64,000 nt of DNA from the human T2T-CHM13v2.0 reference genome, Homo sapiens. Position numbers and translations under genes: made by a program. The notes below the pieces were generated by a model that was not told the origin of the DNA, did not search any database, and saw only the letters and a list, made by a program, of their open reading frames with translations. The stretch lies in the NCBI RefSeq assembly GCF_009914755.1, contig NC_060930.1; one strand, given 5' to 3'. How positions within the stretch are numbered: the stretch's first letter is position 1; every line of letters starts with the position of its first letter. Positions 12,061 through 24,800 of this stretch are shown piece by piece.

Positions 12061-14930
12061 CTTTTACTGGGGTAACTGTGCACTGAGGAAGGGGAAATGA
12101 TCAGACAATTTGGGGACTACCGTAAACTAGCTCTGAGCTGACATTGATTCCAGAGGAACCAAAACGTCACTGTGGTGCTCCAGTTAAAGTAGGGGCTTAT
12201 GGAGATCAGGTAACTAATGGAGTTTTAGCTCAGGTCCAACTTACACTGGGTCCAGTAGGTCCCCGGACTCATCCTGTGGTCATTTCCCCAGTGCCAGAAT
12301 GCATAATTGGCATAGACCCACTTAGCAGCTGGCAGAACCCCCACACTGGCTCCCTGACTGGTAGGGTTAGGGCTACTATGGTTGGAAAGGGCAAATGGGA
12401 GCCAATAGAGCTGCCTCTCTCTAGAAGAATTATAAATCAAAAACAATATTTCATCCCTGGAGGGATTGCGGACATTAGTGCCACCATCAAGGACTTGAAA
12501 GATGCAGGGGTGGTGATTCCCACCACATACCCGTTCAACTCTCTCGTTTGTCCTGTGAAGAAGCCAGATGGATCTTAGAGAATGACAGTGGATTATAATA
12601 ATTTTAACCAAGTGGTGACTCCAATTGCAGCTGCTGTACCAGATGTGGTTTCATTGCTTGAGCAAATTAACATATCTCCTGGTACCTGGTATGCAGCCAT
12701 TAACTTGACAAATGCCTATTTCTCCATTCCTGTCTATAAGGCCCACCAGAAGCAATTTGCCTTCAGCTGGCAAGGCCAGGAATATGCCTTTATTGTCTTA
12801 CCTTAGGAATATATCAACTTTCTAGCTTTGTGTCATAATCTAATTTGGAGAGACCTTGATCACTTTCACTTCAAGATATCACACTGGTCCATTACATTGA
12901 TGACATTATGCTGATTGTGTCCAGTGAGCAAGAAGTAGCAAACACACTGGACTTATTGGTGAGAAATTTGTGTGCCAGAGGATGGGAAATACATTGAACT
13001 AAAATTCAGGAAACCTCTACTTCAGCAAAATTTCTGAGGATCCAGTGATGTGGGGCCTGTCGAGATATTCCTTCTAAAATGAAGGATAAGTTGTTACATT
13101 TGGCCCCTCCTACAATCAAAGAAAGAGGCATAAGGCCTAGTGGCCCTGTTTGGATTTTGGAGGCAACACATTCCTGATTTGGATGTGTTACTCTAGCCCA
13201 TTTATCAAGTGACCAGAAAGGTAGCCAGTTTTGAGTGGGGTCCAGAACAGGAGAAGGCTCTGCAACAGGTCCAGGCTGCTGTGCAAGCTGCTCTGCCACT
13301 TGGGCCATGTGACCCAGCAGATCCAATGGTGCTTGAGGTGTCAGTGGCAGATAGGGATGCTGTTTGGAGCCTATGGCAAGGCCCATGCATGAACTACAGT
13401 GGAGTCCTCTAGGATTTTGGAGCAAGGCCCTGCCATCTTCTACAGATAACTACTCTCCTTTTGAGAGACAGCTCTTGGCCTGTTACTGGGTTTTGGTGGA
13501 AACAGAACATTTGATATGGGTCATCAAGTCACCATGAGACCTGAACTGCCTATCATGAACTGGGTGTTTCTGACCCATCTAGCCATGAAATGGGTGGTGC
13601 AGAGCAGAATACCATCATCAAATGGAAGTGGTATATATGTGATTGGTTTTGAGCAGGTCCTGAAGGGACAAGTAAGTTACATGAGGAAGTGGCTCAAATG
13701 CCCATGGTCTCCACTCCTGCCACTCTGCCTTCTCTTCCATAGCCTGCACCAATGGCCTCATGGGGAGTCCCCTATGATCAGTTGATAGAGGAAGAAAAGG
13801 CTAGGGCCTGGTTCACAGATGGTTCTGCATGATATGCAGGCACCACCGGAAAGTGGACAGCTGCAGCACTACAGCTCGTTTCTAGGACATCCCTGAAGGA
13901 CAATGGTGAAGGGAAGTCTTCCCAGTCGCAGAACTTTGAGCAGTGCACCTGGATGTGCACTTTGCGTGAAAGGAGAAATGGCCAAATGTGTGATTATATA
14001 CTGATTCATGGGCTGTAGCCAATGGTTTGGCTGGATAGTCATGGACTTGGAAGATGCATGATTGGAAAATTGGTGACAAATTTAGGAAAGAGATATGTGG
14101 ATGGACCTTTCTGAGTGATGAAAACTGTGAAGATGTTTGTATCCCACGTGAGTGCTTACCAACGGGTCACCTCAGCAGAGGAGTTTAATAATCAAGTGGA
14201 TAGGATGACCTGCTCTGTGGACAACACTCAGCCTCTTTTCCCAGTCATCCCTGTCATCACCCAATGGACTCAGCAACATGGACTTCCACTCACCAAGAGT
14301 GACCTGGCTCCAGCCACTGGTGAGTGCCCAATTTGCCAGCAGCAGCAGAGACCAACACTGAGCCCTCAATATGGCACCATTTCTTGGAGTGATCATCCAG
14401 CTACCTGGTGGCAGGTTGATTATATTGGACCTATTGGACCTCTTCTGTCATGAAAAGAGCCGTGGTTTGTCCTCATTGGAATAGACACTTACTCCTGATA
14501 TGGGTTTACCTATCCTGCATATAATGCTTCTGCCAAGACTACCATCCAGGGACTGACGGAATGCCTTATCCACTGTAACAGTATTCCACACATCATTGCC
14601 TCTTACCAAGGCACTCACTTTACAGCTAAAAAAGTGCGACAGTGGGCTCATGATCATGAAATTCACTGGTCTTACGATGTTTCCCATCATCCTAAAGCAG
14701 CTGGATTGACAGAATGGTGGAATGGCTTTTTGAAGCCACAATTACAATGCCAACTAGGTGACAATACTTTGCAGGACTCAGGCAAAGTTCTCCAGAAGGC
14801 TGTGTATGCTCTGAATCAGCATCCAATATATGGTATTGTATCTCCTATAGCTAGGATTCACAGGTCCAGGAATCAAGGGGTGGAAGGGGAAGTTTCACTA
14901 CTCACCAACATCCCTAGTGATCCACTGGCA
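12061..14930 (+). pseudogene. pol: HERV-L pro-pol relic (protease, RT, RNase H, integrase)
   Basis: Protease region PVVISPVPECIIGID with the catalytic DTG destroyed near 12122. RT motifs PFNSLVCPVKKPDGS, INLTNAYFSIP, LP*E (for LPQG) and YIDD (12893-12904). RNase H WFTDGSA (13809). Integrase CPICQQ, WQVDYIGP and HPKAAGLTEWWNG. Confidence 0.93.
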
Positions 14931-15260
14931 AAATCTTTGCTTCCTGTTCCTGTGACGTTACATTCAGCTGGCCTAGAGGTCTTAGTTTCAGAGGGACGAA
15001 TGCTGCCAGCAGGAGACACAACAATTATTCCATTAAACTGGAAGTTAAGATTGACACCTGGACACTTTGGGTTTCTCCTACCTCGAAGTCAACAGGCTAA
15101 CAAGGGAGTTACAGAATTGGCTGGAGTGACTGACCTGGAGCATCAAGGTGAAATCAGTCTAGTACTCCACAATAGAGGTAAGGAAGATTAGCGTGGAATA
15201 CAGGAGATCCATTAGAGTATCTCTTAATATTACTATGCCCTGTGATTAAAGTCAATGAGA
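14930..15260 (+). pseudogene. HERV-L dUTPase relic downstream of integrase
   Basis: SAGLEVLVSEGRMLPAGDTTIIPLNWKLRLTPGHFGFLLPRSQQANKGVTELAGVTDLEHQGEI shows degenerate dUTPase motifs at the ERV-L-specific position. Confidence 0.85.
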
Positions 15261-15577
15261 AACTAATACAGTCCAATCCAGGCAGAACCATAAATGGCCC
15301 AGACCCTTCAGGAATGAAGATTTGAGTCACTCCACCAGGAAAAAAATATTGACCTGCTGAGGTGCTTGCTGAAGGCAAAGTGAGTACAGAATGGGTAGTA
15401 GAAGAAGGTAGTCATCAATACCAGCTATGACCACGTGACCTATTGCAGAAACAAGGACTACAATTGTCATAAGTATTTCCTCCTTCTTTTGTTAAAAACA
15501 TATTTGTGCATGTATTCACTTGTACTAATAAAATATCTTTTTATTTCCTTTTTTCTTTATCATGTGACCTAAGATTT

Positions 15578-15960
15578 TTTTTTAATTTTTTTAATTTTAT
15601 TATTATTATACCTTAAGTTTTAGGGTACATGTGAACAACGTGCAGGTTTGTTACATATGTATACATGTGCCATGTTGGGGTGCTGCACCCATTAACTCGT
15701 CATTTAGCATTAGGTATAACTCCTAATGCTATCCCTCCCCCCTCTCCCCACCCCACAACAGACCCCGGTGTGTGATGTTCCCCTTCCTGTGTCCATGTAT
15801 TCTCATTGTTCAATTCCCACCTATGAGTGAGAACATGCAGTGTTTGGTTTTCTGTCCTTGCGATAGTTTGCTGAGAATGATGGTTTCCAGTTTCATCCAT
15901 GTCCCTACAAAGGACATGAACTCATCATTTTTTATGGCTGCGTAGTATTCCATGGTGTAT
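15578..15960 (-). mobile_element. Short 5'-truncated L1PA (PA4-6-like) inserted antisense in HERV-L
   Basis: T-rich tail, then ttattataccttaagttttagggtacatgtg...gtagtattccatggtgtat. TSD atgtgacctaagattt at 15562-15577 and 15961-15976. Confidence 0.95.
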
Positions 15961-16171
15961 ATGTGACCTAAGATTTATTGACTTCATATCAATACTTAAG
16001 TATTGTTAACTTTATGTAATAGTATTTGGGTTGGGGATTGGTGCATTTCTGGTTGTACGAAGGACAGTTGTATTATATTAGGCATAATTATGGCTTTATT
16101 ATTGTCTTTATTTGAAGATTATATATGGTCTCAGGAGATGTGTATGGGTTCAAGTTGACAAGGGGTGGACT

Positions 16172-16616
16172 TGTGATGGTTAATATTGAGTGCCAACTTG
16201 ATTGGATCGAAGGATGCAAAGTATTGTTCCTGGGTGTGCCTGTTAAGGTGTTGTCATAGGAGATTAACATTTGAATCAGTAGGCTGGGAAAGGCAGACCC
16301 ACCCTTAATGTGGGTAGGCACCGTCTAATCAGCTGCCAGTATGGCTAGAATATAAAGCAGGCAGAGAAATGTGAAAAGACGAGACTGGCCTAGCCTGCCA
16401 TCCTACATGTTTCTCCTGTGCTGGACCCTTCCTGCTGTGGAATATCGGACTCCAAGTTCCTCAGTTTTGGAACTCAGACTGGCTTTCCTTCTCCTCAGTG
16501 TGCAGATGGCCTATTGTGGGACCTTGTGATTGTGTGAGTTAATGCTTAATAAGCTCCCTTTTATATACATATCTATCCTATTAGTTCTGTTCCTCTAGAG
16601 AACCCTGACTAATACA
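16172..16616 (+). mobile_element. 3' LTR (MLT2A1), intact length 445 bp
   Basis: Preceded by PPT acaaggggtggact. Runs tgtgatggttaat...gactaataca, with TATA-like tataaagc near 16351 and splice-donor-like gtgagt at 16534. Confidence 0.93.
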
Positions 16617-16649
16617 GGTTCCTTCTGTAAGTAAGGAATTAAATAAAGA

Positions 16650-17185
16650 AATACCCTCAAGATTGTGACTAAAACCTCCAAGAGAAGGACATGAGCTAAT
16701 GATATAAACTAAAATCTGTTCAGGTTCCTCACACAAAATTTGAAACCTAGTATTTTCATGCGGCACACAAAATATGTAAAACAAGCTAACACTAGGGATC
16801 TAGGAGAAATAAGGAGATGGATCCCTGAGGAATTCACATTTTAAATTATTAGATGCAGAATATAAAATAACATGTATTAATATTAAGGCTTAAAGAAATA
16901 AAGCATAGAATAATAATAATTATCAAGAAAGGGACAGTATTAAAGTATATGGCAGAGGAAAAGAAACAGCATATGAAATTATACAAATTTACACCTCAGT
17001 GAATGGGTTCACCAACTGATGAAACACCTCTTATGGAAGAGTGGGAATTGCATACACAGCAGGACAACAAGTCAGAAACTTTACCAGGATGAAGTCCAGA
17101 GGCTCAGACAATTAGACTATACAAAATAGAGATAAAGAGGCAAAGGTGATAGAAAAAAGACTTAAGAAAACACACATTTATGTCC
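16650..17185 (+). mobile_element. Old LINE-derived (HAL1/L1M ORF1-like) fragment
   Basis: A-rich, L1-ORF1-like composition (attagatgcagaatataaaataacatg..., gtgaatgggttcaccaac...). Weak recognition. Confidence 0.35.
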
Positions 17186-17187
17186 TT

Positions 17188-17512
17188 GCAAGTCTGAATT
17201 CAAGGTACTGGCAGGGCCACGCTCCCTCTGAAGGCTATTGAGAAAAAAATCTTTGCATTCGCTACTTCTTAGTGCTCCCTGAAATTTCTCAGCTTGTGAC
17301 AGTATATCTCCAATCTCTGTTTCTATCCTCACATGTCTTCTTCCTCCCTGTCTCTGTGTCCTCTCCTCTTCTTATAAGAATATCAGTCAGTGGATTTAGG
17401 AGCTGTCCTATATCCAGGATAATAATTATATCAGGATCCTTAATTAATTACATTCACAAAGACCTATTTGCAAATAAAGTTACATTCTGAAGGGCACCTT
17501 ATTCAACCCACT
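17188..17512 (-). mobile_element. MaLR LTR (MLT1C-like) fragment
   Basis: aagtctgaattcaaggtactggcagggccacgctccctctgaaggct...ggatttagg...aagacctatttgcaaataaagttacattctgaag. Confidence 0.7.
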
Positions 17513-17990
17513 ATAGAAACCAAGCAAATAGCCACTATAAGAAGAATGGAAACATAAAATTTGATTTGGTCACAAAACAAAATATTACACACTGGTGAAA
17601 ATGAATTAACCAGAGATGCATGGGTAATAACATGGGTAAATCTTACATACATAATATGAGTGAAAAAAGACAAGGTCCCTAATAAAGCATACCATTTATA
17701 TAAATTCAAAACTACATCTATATGTATAGTCACATATAAATATGCTAAGTCATCTTTTGATAAAGGAAAGCAAATACTAATAAAAATCACACAGGATAGT
17801 GTTTATGTTTGAATGAGGGGATGAAGGGGAGGGAGGATGAAATTAGAAATGAGTACACAGGTTAGCTTTAGCAATTTTCTAGTTCTTAGGTTGGGAGGTG
17901 AGTTCACAAGGATAAAAGTGTGTGTATATGTGTGTGTATGTACGTGTCTGTAAAACATATAATTAATTACTTTTAAAAACTGAAAAAGAA
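17513..17990 (+). mobile_element. Old L1ME/HAL1-type 3' fragment
   Basis: aaaatgaattaaccagagatgcatgggtaataacatgggtaaatcttacatacataatatgagtgaaaaaag...ccatttatataaattcaaaact. Confidence 0.5.
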
Positions 17991-20900
17991 AGTCACAAAT
18001 ATGAGAACAGGAGATCCAAATTTAAATAAGAAATAAGGTACTGAGTAGACTTAGCTACATGATATGTAAAAGCAAGAAAGAGGAGAGAAAACATGACTAT
18101 TAAGTAAGCATGAAGAAAGTGCATATAAAATAATTCTGTTTTAATTTTAGACTCGTATCATATGTTAATGTGAGCAAAATCATGGAAATAAATAGATCTA
18201 CATTTTTCCTATGAAAATGGTTGCAGTAAAAAAGATGAAAGTTATATTTTTAATAATTTTAAAAGCAGTATGAAAATATTTTATGCATATTCCCTTCTCA
18301 TGAATTCATATATAAATATGATCCTGATGCTTTATATCACAGTTGAATTCTGATCCACTTTTTATATAGGATGTGTGGGAAAATCTATTCAACAAAATAA
18401 AAGATGATTTTGAATTAGATTTTACATAATGATAATAAAAATATAAAAAACATATTAAAAAATCAAAAATGAACCATAAATAGGGACAGGTCATATAAAT
18501 GTATCGTTCTTCTCACCCGTGTTAACCAGCTACATAATTTAATTACAAAAAATAGTGTTCCATGGCATGGTTTGAATCAATAGTGGTCACCTTGATGTAT
18601 TATATTAGGAACGCATTTTGAAATGTGTAGATAAATGACAGGAGCCATTTATTAAGTCACGTGCTGTTTGTCATATTTAATAACATTATAAATTTATTAA
18701 GCTGTATACGATAAACAACAGTTTGAGATTTTTATGACTTATCCCATCTTTTACTAAGAATTGATTTTAATGGGATTTATGAGTAAAAATTAAAAGCCAG
18801 AATTTTTGGTGTTCTACCAGGCATATTCCCAAAAACCTTCATTTTATTTAGTCTTCGTAGCACTGTTTCGTTTACAGAGAAGCTCAAATAAATTCTTAAA
18901 CCCCCAATGGTTTCTTCCTTTATGATTAATGTTTAGTTATTTTTGAAGATTTTCCCCATCCACTAGTTTGAAAGCTGTACTTACATGTGGCTTGCTTTCT
19001 GACACATTTGTCTTTTCTTTTCTCTCTCAGTCTAAACACCCAGGAGCAAAGTACCCTCAGAAATCTTTGGAAGTTGCTGAAGAGTTCACTCAACGTGTTG
19101 TATGCTCAAGATAGCTAAAATCAAATATCTTTTATTTTTATCAGCCCTAATTTAAGAAGATTTTTCTTCCCATATTTCAGACTATGAGTCTTCTCTAAGA
19201 AAACAGAGCTCAATCTAACTATACCACAGTCAATTATTAATTGAAATATTAAAATAAGAAATACATGAAATACAGATCTTTGAAGAATTTTTGCGGGTTT
19301 TGGCTTCGTATACAAAAGTCAAATATAAATTCAGTAGTTAATTTCTCTTTTTTTCTTATTTTGGAAGTATCGTAGTGATGTGTTACACTATTTACATGAA
19401 GCCAAGACTCGACATTCCATCTATATTATTTACTTTTCCTTATAAGAAGAGGTGATAATACTAGACCTTATAGAGTTACAAAAATAATGCAATAGAAGGG
19501 TCAAAAACACTTTTCCACTGAAATTAAAAGGCACATTTATCTAATTTTCCTGCTTTTAAAAATAATAAAAACATTGTCTGTCTATAACTATGTCTGTAGA
19601 AAATAGACATAAATGGCTAGGGAACAAGCTGCTATTTCTGATTTCCTAGTCTGGTTTGTTCTGCTTTTCTAACCTGTCTTTCATTCACATTTATGTCTTA
19701 GGTTCACACCTTTTTTGACGTTGCACCCAAGTAAAGCTATTATCACCTGTCTGTGGAAGATTGTTGAGGGTCTAATGGTGGCATGAGTAAAAGTACATTG
19801 GACTAGCTCTCAGGAAACTTTCTGGAAGTGTAATCATACTTCTGGTATTTTTCTCTCATGCAGTTCTTCAAATAGATGGAAGATGTTCATAGGATCACTG
19901 TGAAGAGCGAATTAGATGTTTTATAATAACTACAGTATGATGAAAATCCTGACTTGTTACAACATTGTAAGTTATTTGAATAACATGCAATCTTTCTTCA
20001 GAAAATATCTGTCTCCTATTAGCACAGTGTTTCAAAAATGCTTATATTTCATGGCACTAGACATTGTTTTATTTTCCACAAATAGTTTCCAGGTTAATTA
20101 AGGGAGACAGCTTGACTGACTTCAAATGTATGTTTTCCTTATACAGCAACCCTCTTTTGATTTAATTTCTCTTGGTAAAGTAGAAAGTACCAACCCCTAT
20201 TAACCTGAAACTCAGTGCATTCTTCCAAATTATTCACTTAACTATTCCCTTTTAAGAGAAGTTAATCAGGAAAACAAAGCCTTGCCAATAATTACCTACC
20301 ATTTTGTTCTCATAATATACTTAAATATTTATATTTCTACTCCTACATTAAGCTAATCAAATGAGAAATGCTGCTAAAAATTCTTATAAATAAAAGCTGC
20401 CCAGAAAGATGATAATCTACTTTCCTATGCCTCTGTAATTTTCTATCCAAATAGGTTTCATTGTGTTGCAAAATACTAGTAGATTACCAGTGACATGAAA
20501 AATGTGTCAGCACATACAAATGCAGGCTGATACTAATAACTATTATTCATTATGTTATTGACTCCCCAAAGATTCTGTTTACAGAAGAAAATGTTTGAAC
20601 CAAAGATAAGTAATATGCTTGAGAAATATAAAACTTTCTTTACTCTTCATTAATTTTAGTCTTTTTATTTAAAAAAACTAATTGTATTTAAAACAACCAA
20701 TATTAGCTTGAATTGTATAGGTACATAATGACAAATTTGAAAATATGATTTAATTAGGTAAACATTTAATCGCTTTTTTACAAATTCTAAATGATAATGA
20801 AAGCTAATATTATTACATAGACTCTTATTTTAGGATAAAGTTCATCCTAGAATATTCAGAGTTGATTTAGGAAATAATATATTTTTAAAATTGTTTGAAA

Positions 20901-23900
20901 TGACACTAGTTGTAACCAAAAATTGAATAACTTATATGTGTTTCTTCTTCATATGTCTTGTTTTCTACAGACGTGATTGAAAAGCAACCACTAATATATA
21001 TATAAAATATACATACATAAAACACATACCTGTGCACACACATATTCATATATACAATATTTAAATGCAAGCTTTCAGATGATCCCCCAAACCTATTCAT
21101 ACTTATAAGTTATCAGATATAAAAATATTCAGAAGATATACAGCATAGTATCTTACAGGCAAACTACTCACCTGACTTTCTTCTTTTTAATTTAAAATAA
21201 GTGTTGCAGAATAAGTTTCATTGATTAAGTAATTAAAACAAAAATCTATATCATCATTATATTCACTTAAGGAAATGTATTTTTTTTCTAAACAGAATTT
21301 GAGGTGGAAAAACAGTCACTTGAATTTTCATACAAAAGCAATAGATGCCAAAATTAGTGATGAGCATCAATAAGCCTAATACCAAGAAGGAAAAGTGATA
21401 AAAATTAATATCTAGAAATTTATAAAACAAATTAAAAAGTGACCCATATTGTTCGTTTAGTTTTTGTTTTTATTGATTTAACTTTAAAATGCTAGATGCA
21501 TATTTCTTTTTAGGAAAGGAAAGTTACCTGCCTAGATCATGTATTTTGATAAGCATACTGGGCACCCTGATCATCACATAATGTGAGTAGAGGACATAAA
21601 AATATTTACACTATACAAACAACACATTCATTTCTGTGTTTACTGAAAGTTATTATGACAGGAAATTTGAATGCAATGTTGCGTTAGTTTTCTCTTCAGA
21701 AAGGAAATTTTAGGTTTAAGCATCAAAAGAAATTATAGAATTACATATTAGAAAAGACAGATGAGTTAATTCGCTGGCTTGCTTTTTTATGGTATATATA
21801 CACTATAATGTTTCCATAGTAACATAGTTCTTTGTGGATTTTTCCCCCTTTATGTTAACCGTTTTTCTACACTTTTTTTTTAAATAGCTTGTGTGCTTGC
21901 CTTAATAAGACAGCTACCACATTGCTGTTTCTCTTCTGTAACAATTTCCAAGCTTTCTGAAGCCACAAGATACAGATTATAACTTGTAATAGGGCAGATC
22001 ATTCCAGAATCTTAAACTTATATTGTCAAATACGTACAATATGTGCTTATCTGAAAATACTGTATCTCAACAATAGATAGAAAAAAAGTGAAAATAAATT
22101 CTGGATTTCTAATGTAACAAAGAGTGTATCTATCCATTTGTTCTAAAGTAGCCAGAAGCTCTCCAAAAGTATACATACGCCACCTGACCTCTAAAGGTAA
22201 TTTAACCTTGTCATAAAGATCTTTGGGAGGTAAGATCCTTAGAAAGACATCTCTGTTTCTGCCACAGGTCCCCATTGTCTCAACTACAGATCATCACTAC
22301 CTCCAGCACGTTTTGTTTAAGTAAATACCTGAGGACATTAAAAAATACCTGAAATATTATCATCCACTTATCTTCCTTTTAGTCTCCAGTGTATGAAGTT
22401 CCTGCCATAAAATCTGCCTATAATTTTAAGAAGTTGAGTGTGCCAAGGTTATAAAGCTAGATTGTGGCAGAATAGATTCCTTACTGCTAAAGAATTGTTA
22501 CAGCATTCATAATTATATATTGCTAAGGATTTTCTCTCTTTTTTATAGGATTTTTATATAAGAAAAGAAGTTATAAAATTAATCATGTAACATAAATTTT
22601 GTGTATTATTTTTAAATTAGTAGGCCGAATACCCAATTTTCTAATCTGTACTAATTAACTAAAAAGAAAAGCGTCATTTAATATGTTGGTTATAGAGCCT
22701 AGAGTACTCAAATTTATTAATCTAAGTAGTAAAATGTCATCTTTTACCTAAGTAGTAAAAAGCCACTATATAGAAGATAACATGCATAAATATGTAATTC
22801 AAATAAACCTTTCTATAATCACAAAGAATACTACTCTTCTGAAAATTTTCTCTAGTAAATATACATCCTCCTTGAAAACATAGAATGCCTATTTCCTTTT
22901 TTCTATATGACAGTACTTTTCTGTTTATTGTTGTGATCCCCTTTCTTATTTTGACTCTGAGATGGTACAAGAGGTATTCACTCAGTGTATTTGGTGAGAA
23001 AAATCTTTTAATTTATATACTTTTGTCTCTATAAAAACAGCACTCAAGTGAAAATAACTACTGTTATTAAGGTCTACAGAAATAACAGTAGTTACTACAT
23101 TGTGAGAACATGGTAAATATTATAAGCAGTAAGGCGTTATAATCACCTTATCAATTAAATTGAAGCACTCAAGAATTTTTTATATCCATACTATCAATAA
23201 CTTCCAAAAATATAAACAAAATGCAGAAATTTAATCAATATAAAATGAATGTCAAGAGATTATTACTGGCATATTCAGAAACTCTTAGATTATTATAAAA
23301 CGTGTTTTAGTTATAATTAAAATACTGAACTTAAAAGTTGAAAGAAAAATGATCCCAAACATATGCCATTAAATTGGCCATGCTACTGATTTATGTCTAA
23401 TATAATTTATGTGGTTGAAAAACTGCATATGGTAGCTGTCATTCAGAATAAGATGAAATATGTATATTTGATATCAAACAAATACTCTCTAATTTACAAT
23501 CAAAATGATTTTAGTGGAAATATAAGCAGATACTCTTTGTACTTTGAATAAGTTTCTGTTAACAAAAATTGAAGTGACTCTTCAGAAAAATTGTTCTCCC
23601 TGCATTATTTTACTCATACTTCATAAAATCAGTAATTTTCAGCAGGAAATGAATCATACTTCCTAAAGATGAGTGAAGGAAATACCATTTTTTGACAAAT
23701 TTGAGAAGGAAAACATAATTATTGTGGCACTAGTTCTAAGTAATCAATATATTTGTAAATTATTCAGACTATGAGATGGCTCACAGATACTGAGAGATTG
23801 AACTATAAAGAACAATTTTAAATTCTGAGATCAAATAGAATTTTTTCAGAATCATTGTTCAAAAATTAAAATACAAAGATGCCTTTCTAATTATGTGAGC

Positions 23901-23932
23901 AGGAGTTAAGCTAATCATAAACATTTTATTAC

Positions 23933-24315
23933 TGTTCTGGACTGAATTATGTCCCACAGATCCAAATTCACCTGTTGAAATCTTAACCTTCAATGTGAGT
24001 GTATTTGGAGAGAGGTTCTTGAAGAAGAATATACAGGTTAAATAAGGTCATAAGAGAGGGCCGCTAACACAGTAGGACTGGTGTCCTAAGAAGAGACAGA
24101 CATACCAGCATGAGCACAAACGGAGAAAATACCACATGAGGACACAGTGAGAAGGCAGCCATTTGATGAAAAAGGAAAGGAGCCTCTGGAGAAGACAGCC
24201 TTATCAGCTCTTTGATCTTAGACTTTTGGCCTCCAGAACTGTGATAAAACAATTTTCTTTTATTTAAGCCACCCAGTCTATGATATTTTGTTATGGCAGC
24301 CCTAGCTGACTAATA
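23933..24315 (+). mobile_element. MaLR solo LTR (MLT1A-like)
   Basis: tgttctggactgaattatgtccc...tgtatttggag...gaggacacagtgagaaggcagcc...gcctccagaactgtga...tttaagccacccagtctatgatattttgttatggcagccctagctgactaata. Confidence 0.85.
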
Positions 24316-24541
24316 GTTACTTAAATTGGGTAAGTATTTTCTGTCATTTTGGAGATTAAAAATTGACATTGAAATTGTGTGTCAATACACGTGAGCTAAC
24401 ACTACCCATTGATAGAACAAGGTATGTCATGAATCAATACCATATTTAAACAGAGATGGATGACCAGTTCTCCAAAGATTTCAAAAATAGATGTTTATGT
24501 AGGTTGGGACACAAAATTACCTAACCTCCAATGCTCTTTTT

Positions 24542-24800
24542 CTGTTTGATTTGTTTTATTTTGTTTTTTGGGACAGAGTCTCCCTCTGTTGCCAGACTGG
24601 AGTGCAGTGATGCAATCTTGGCTCACTGAAACCTCCACTTCCCGGATTTCAAGCTGCCTCAATCTCCCAAGTAGCTGGGACTACAGGCACATGCCACCAT
24701 GCCCAGCTAACTTTTGTATTTTTGGTAGAGACGATGGGGTTTCACCATGTTTGTCTCGATCTCTTGATCATGATCCGCCTGCCTCACCCTCCCAAAGTGT
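24542..24800 (-). mobile_element. Alu (AluS), antisense, 5'-truncated by ~35 nt
   Basis: Alu body ends at ctcccaaagtgt. TSD tgctcttttt at 24532-24541 and 24801-24810. Confidence 0.93.

Larger units (their letters stand above)
9462..16616 (+). mobile_element. HERV-L (ERVL) provirus with MLT2A1 LTRs, near full length, defective
   Basis: TG...CA termini with perfect 5-bp TSD GGTTC (9457-9461 and 16617-16621), PBS, PPT and gag/pro/pol/dUTPase relics. No env, as expected for ERV-L. Confidence 0.96.

Noticed and set aside
15260-16170. Possible env gene between pol and the 3' LTR
   Set aside because: No env-like ORF; the region is HERV-L 3' sequence plus an L1 insertion, and ERV-L normally lacks env.
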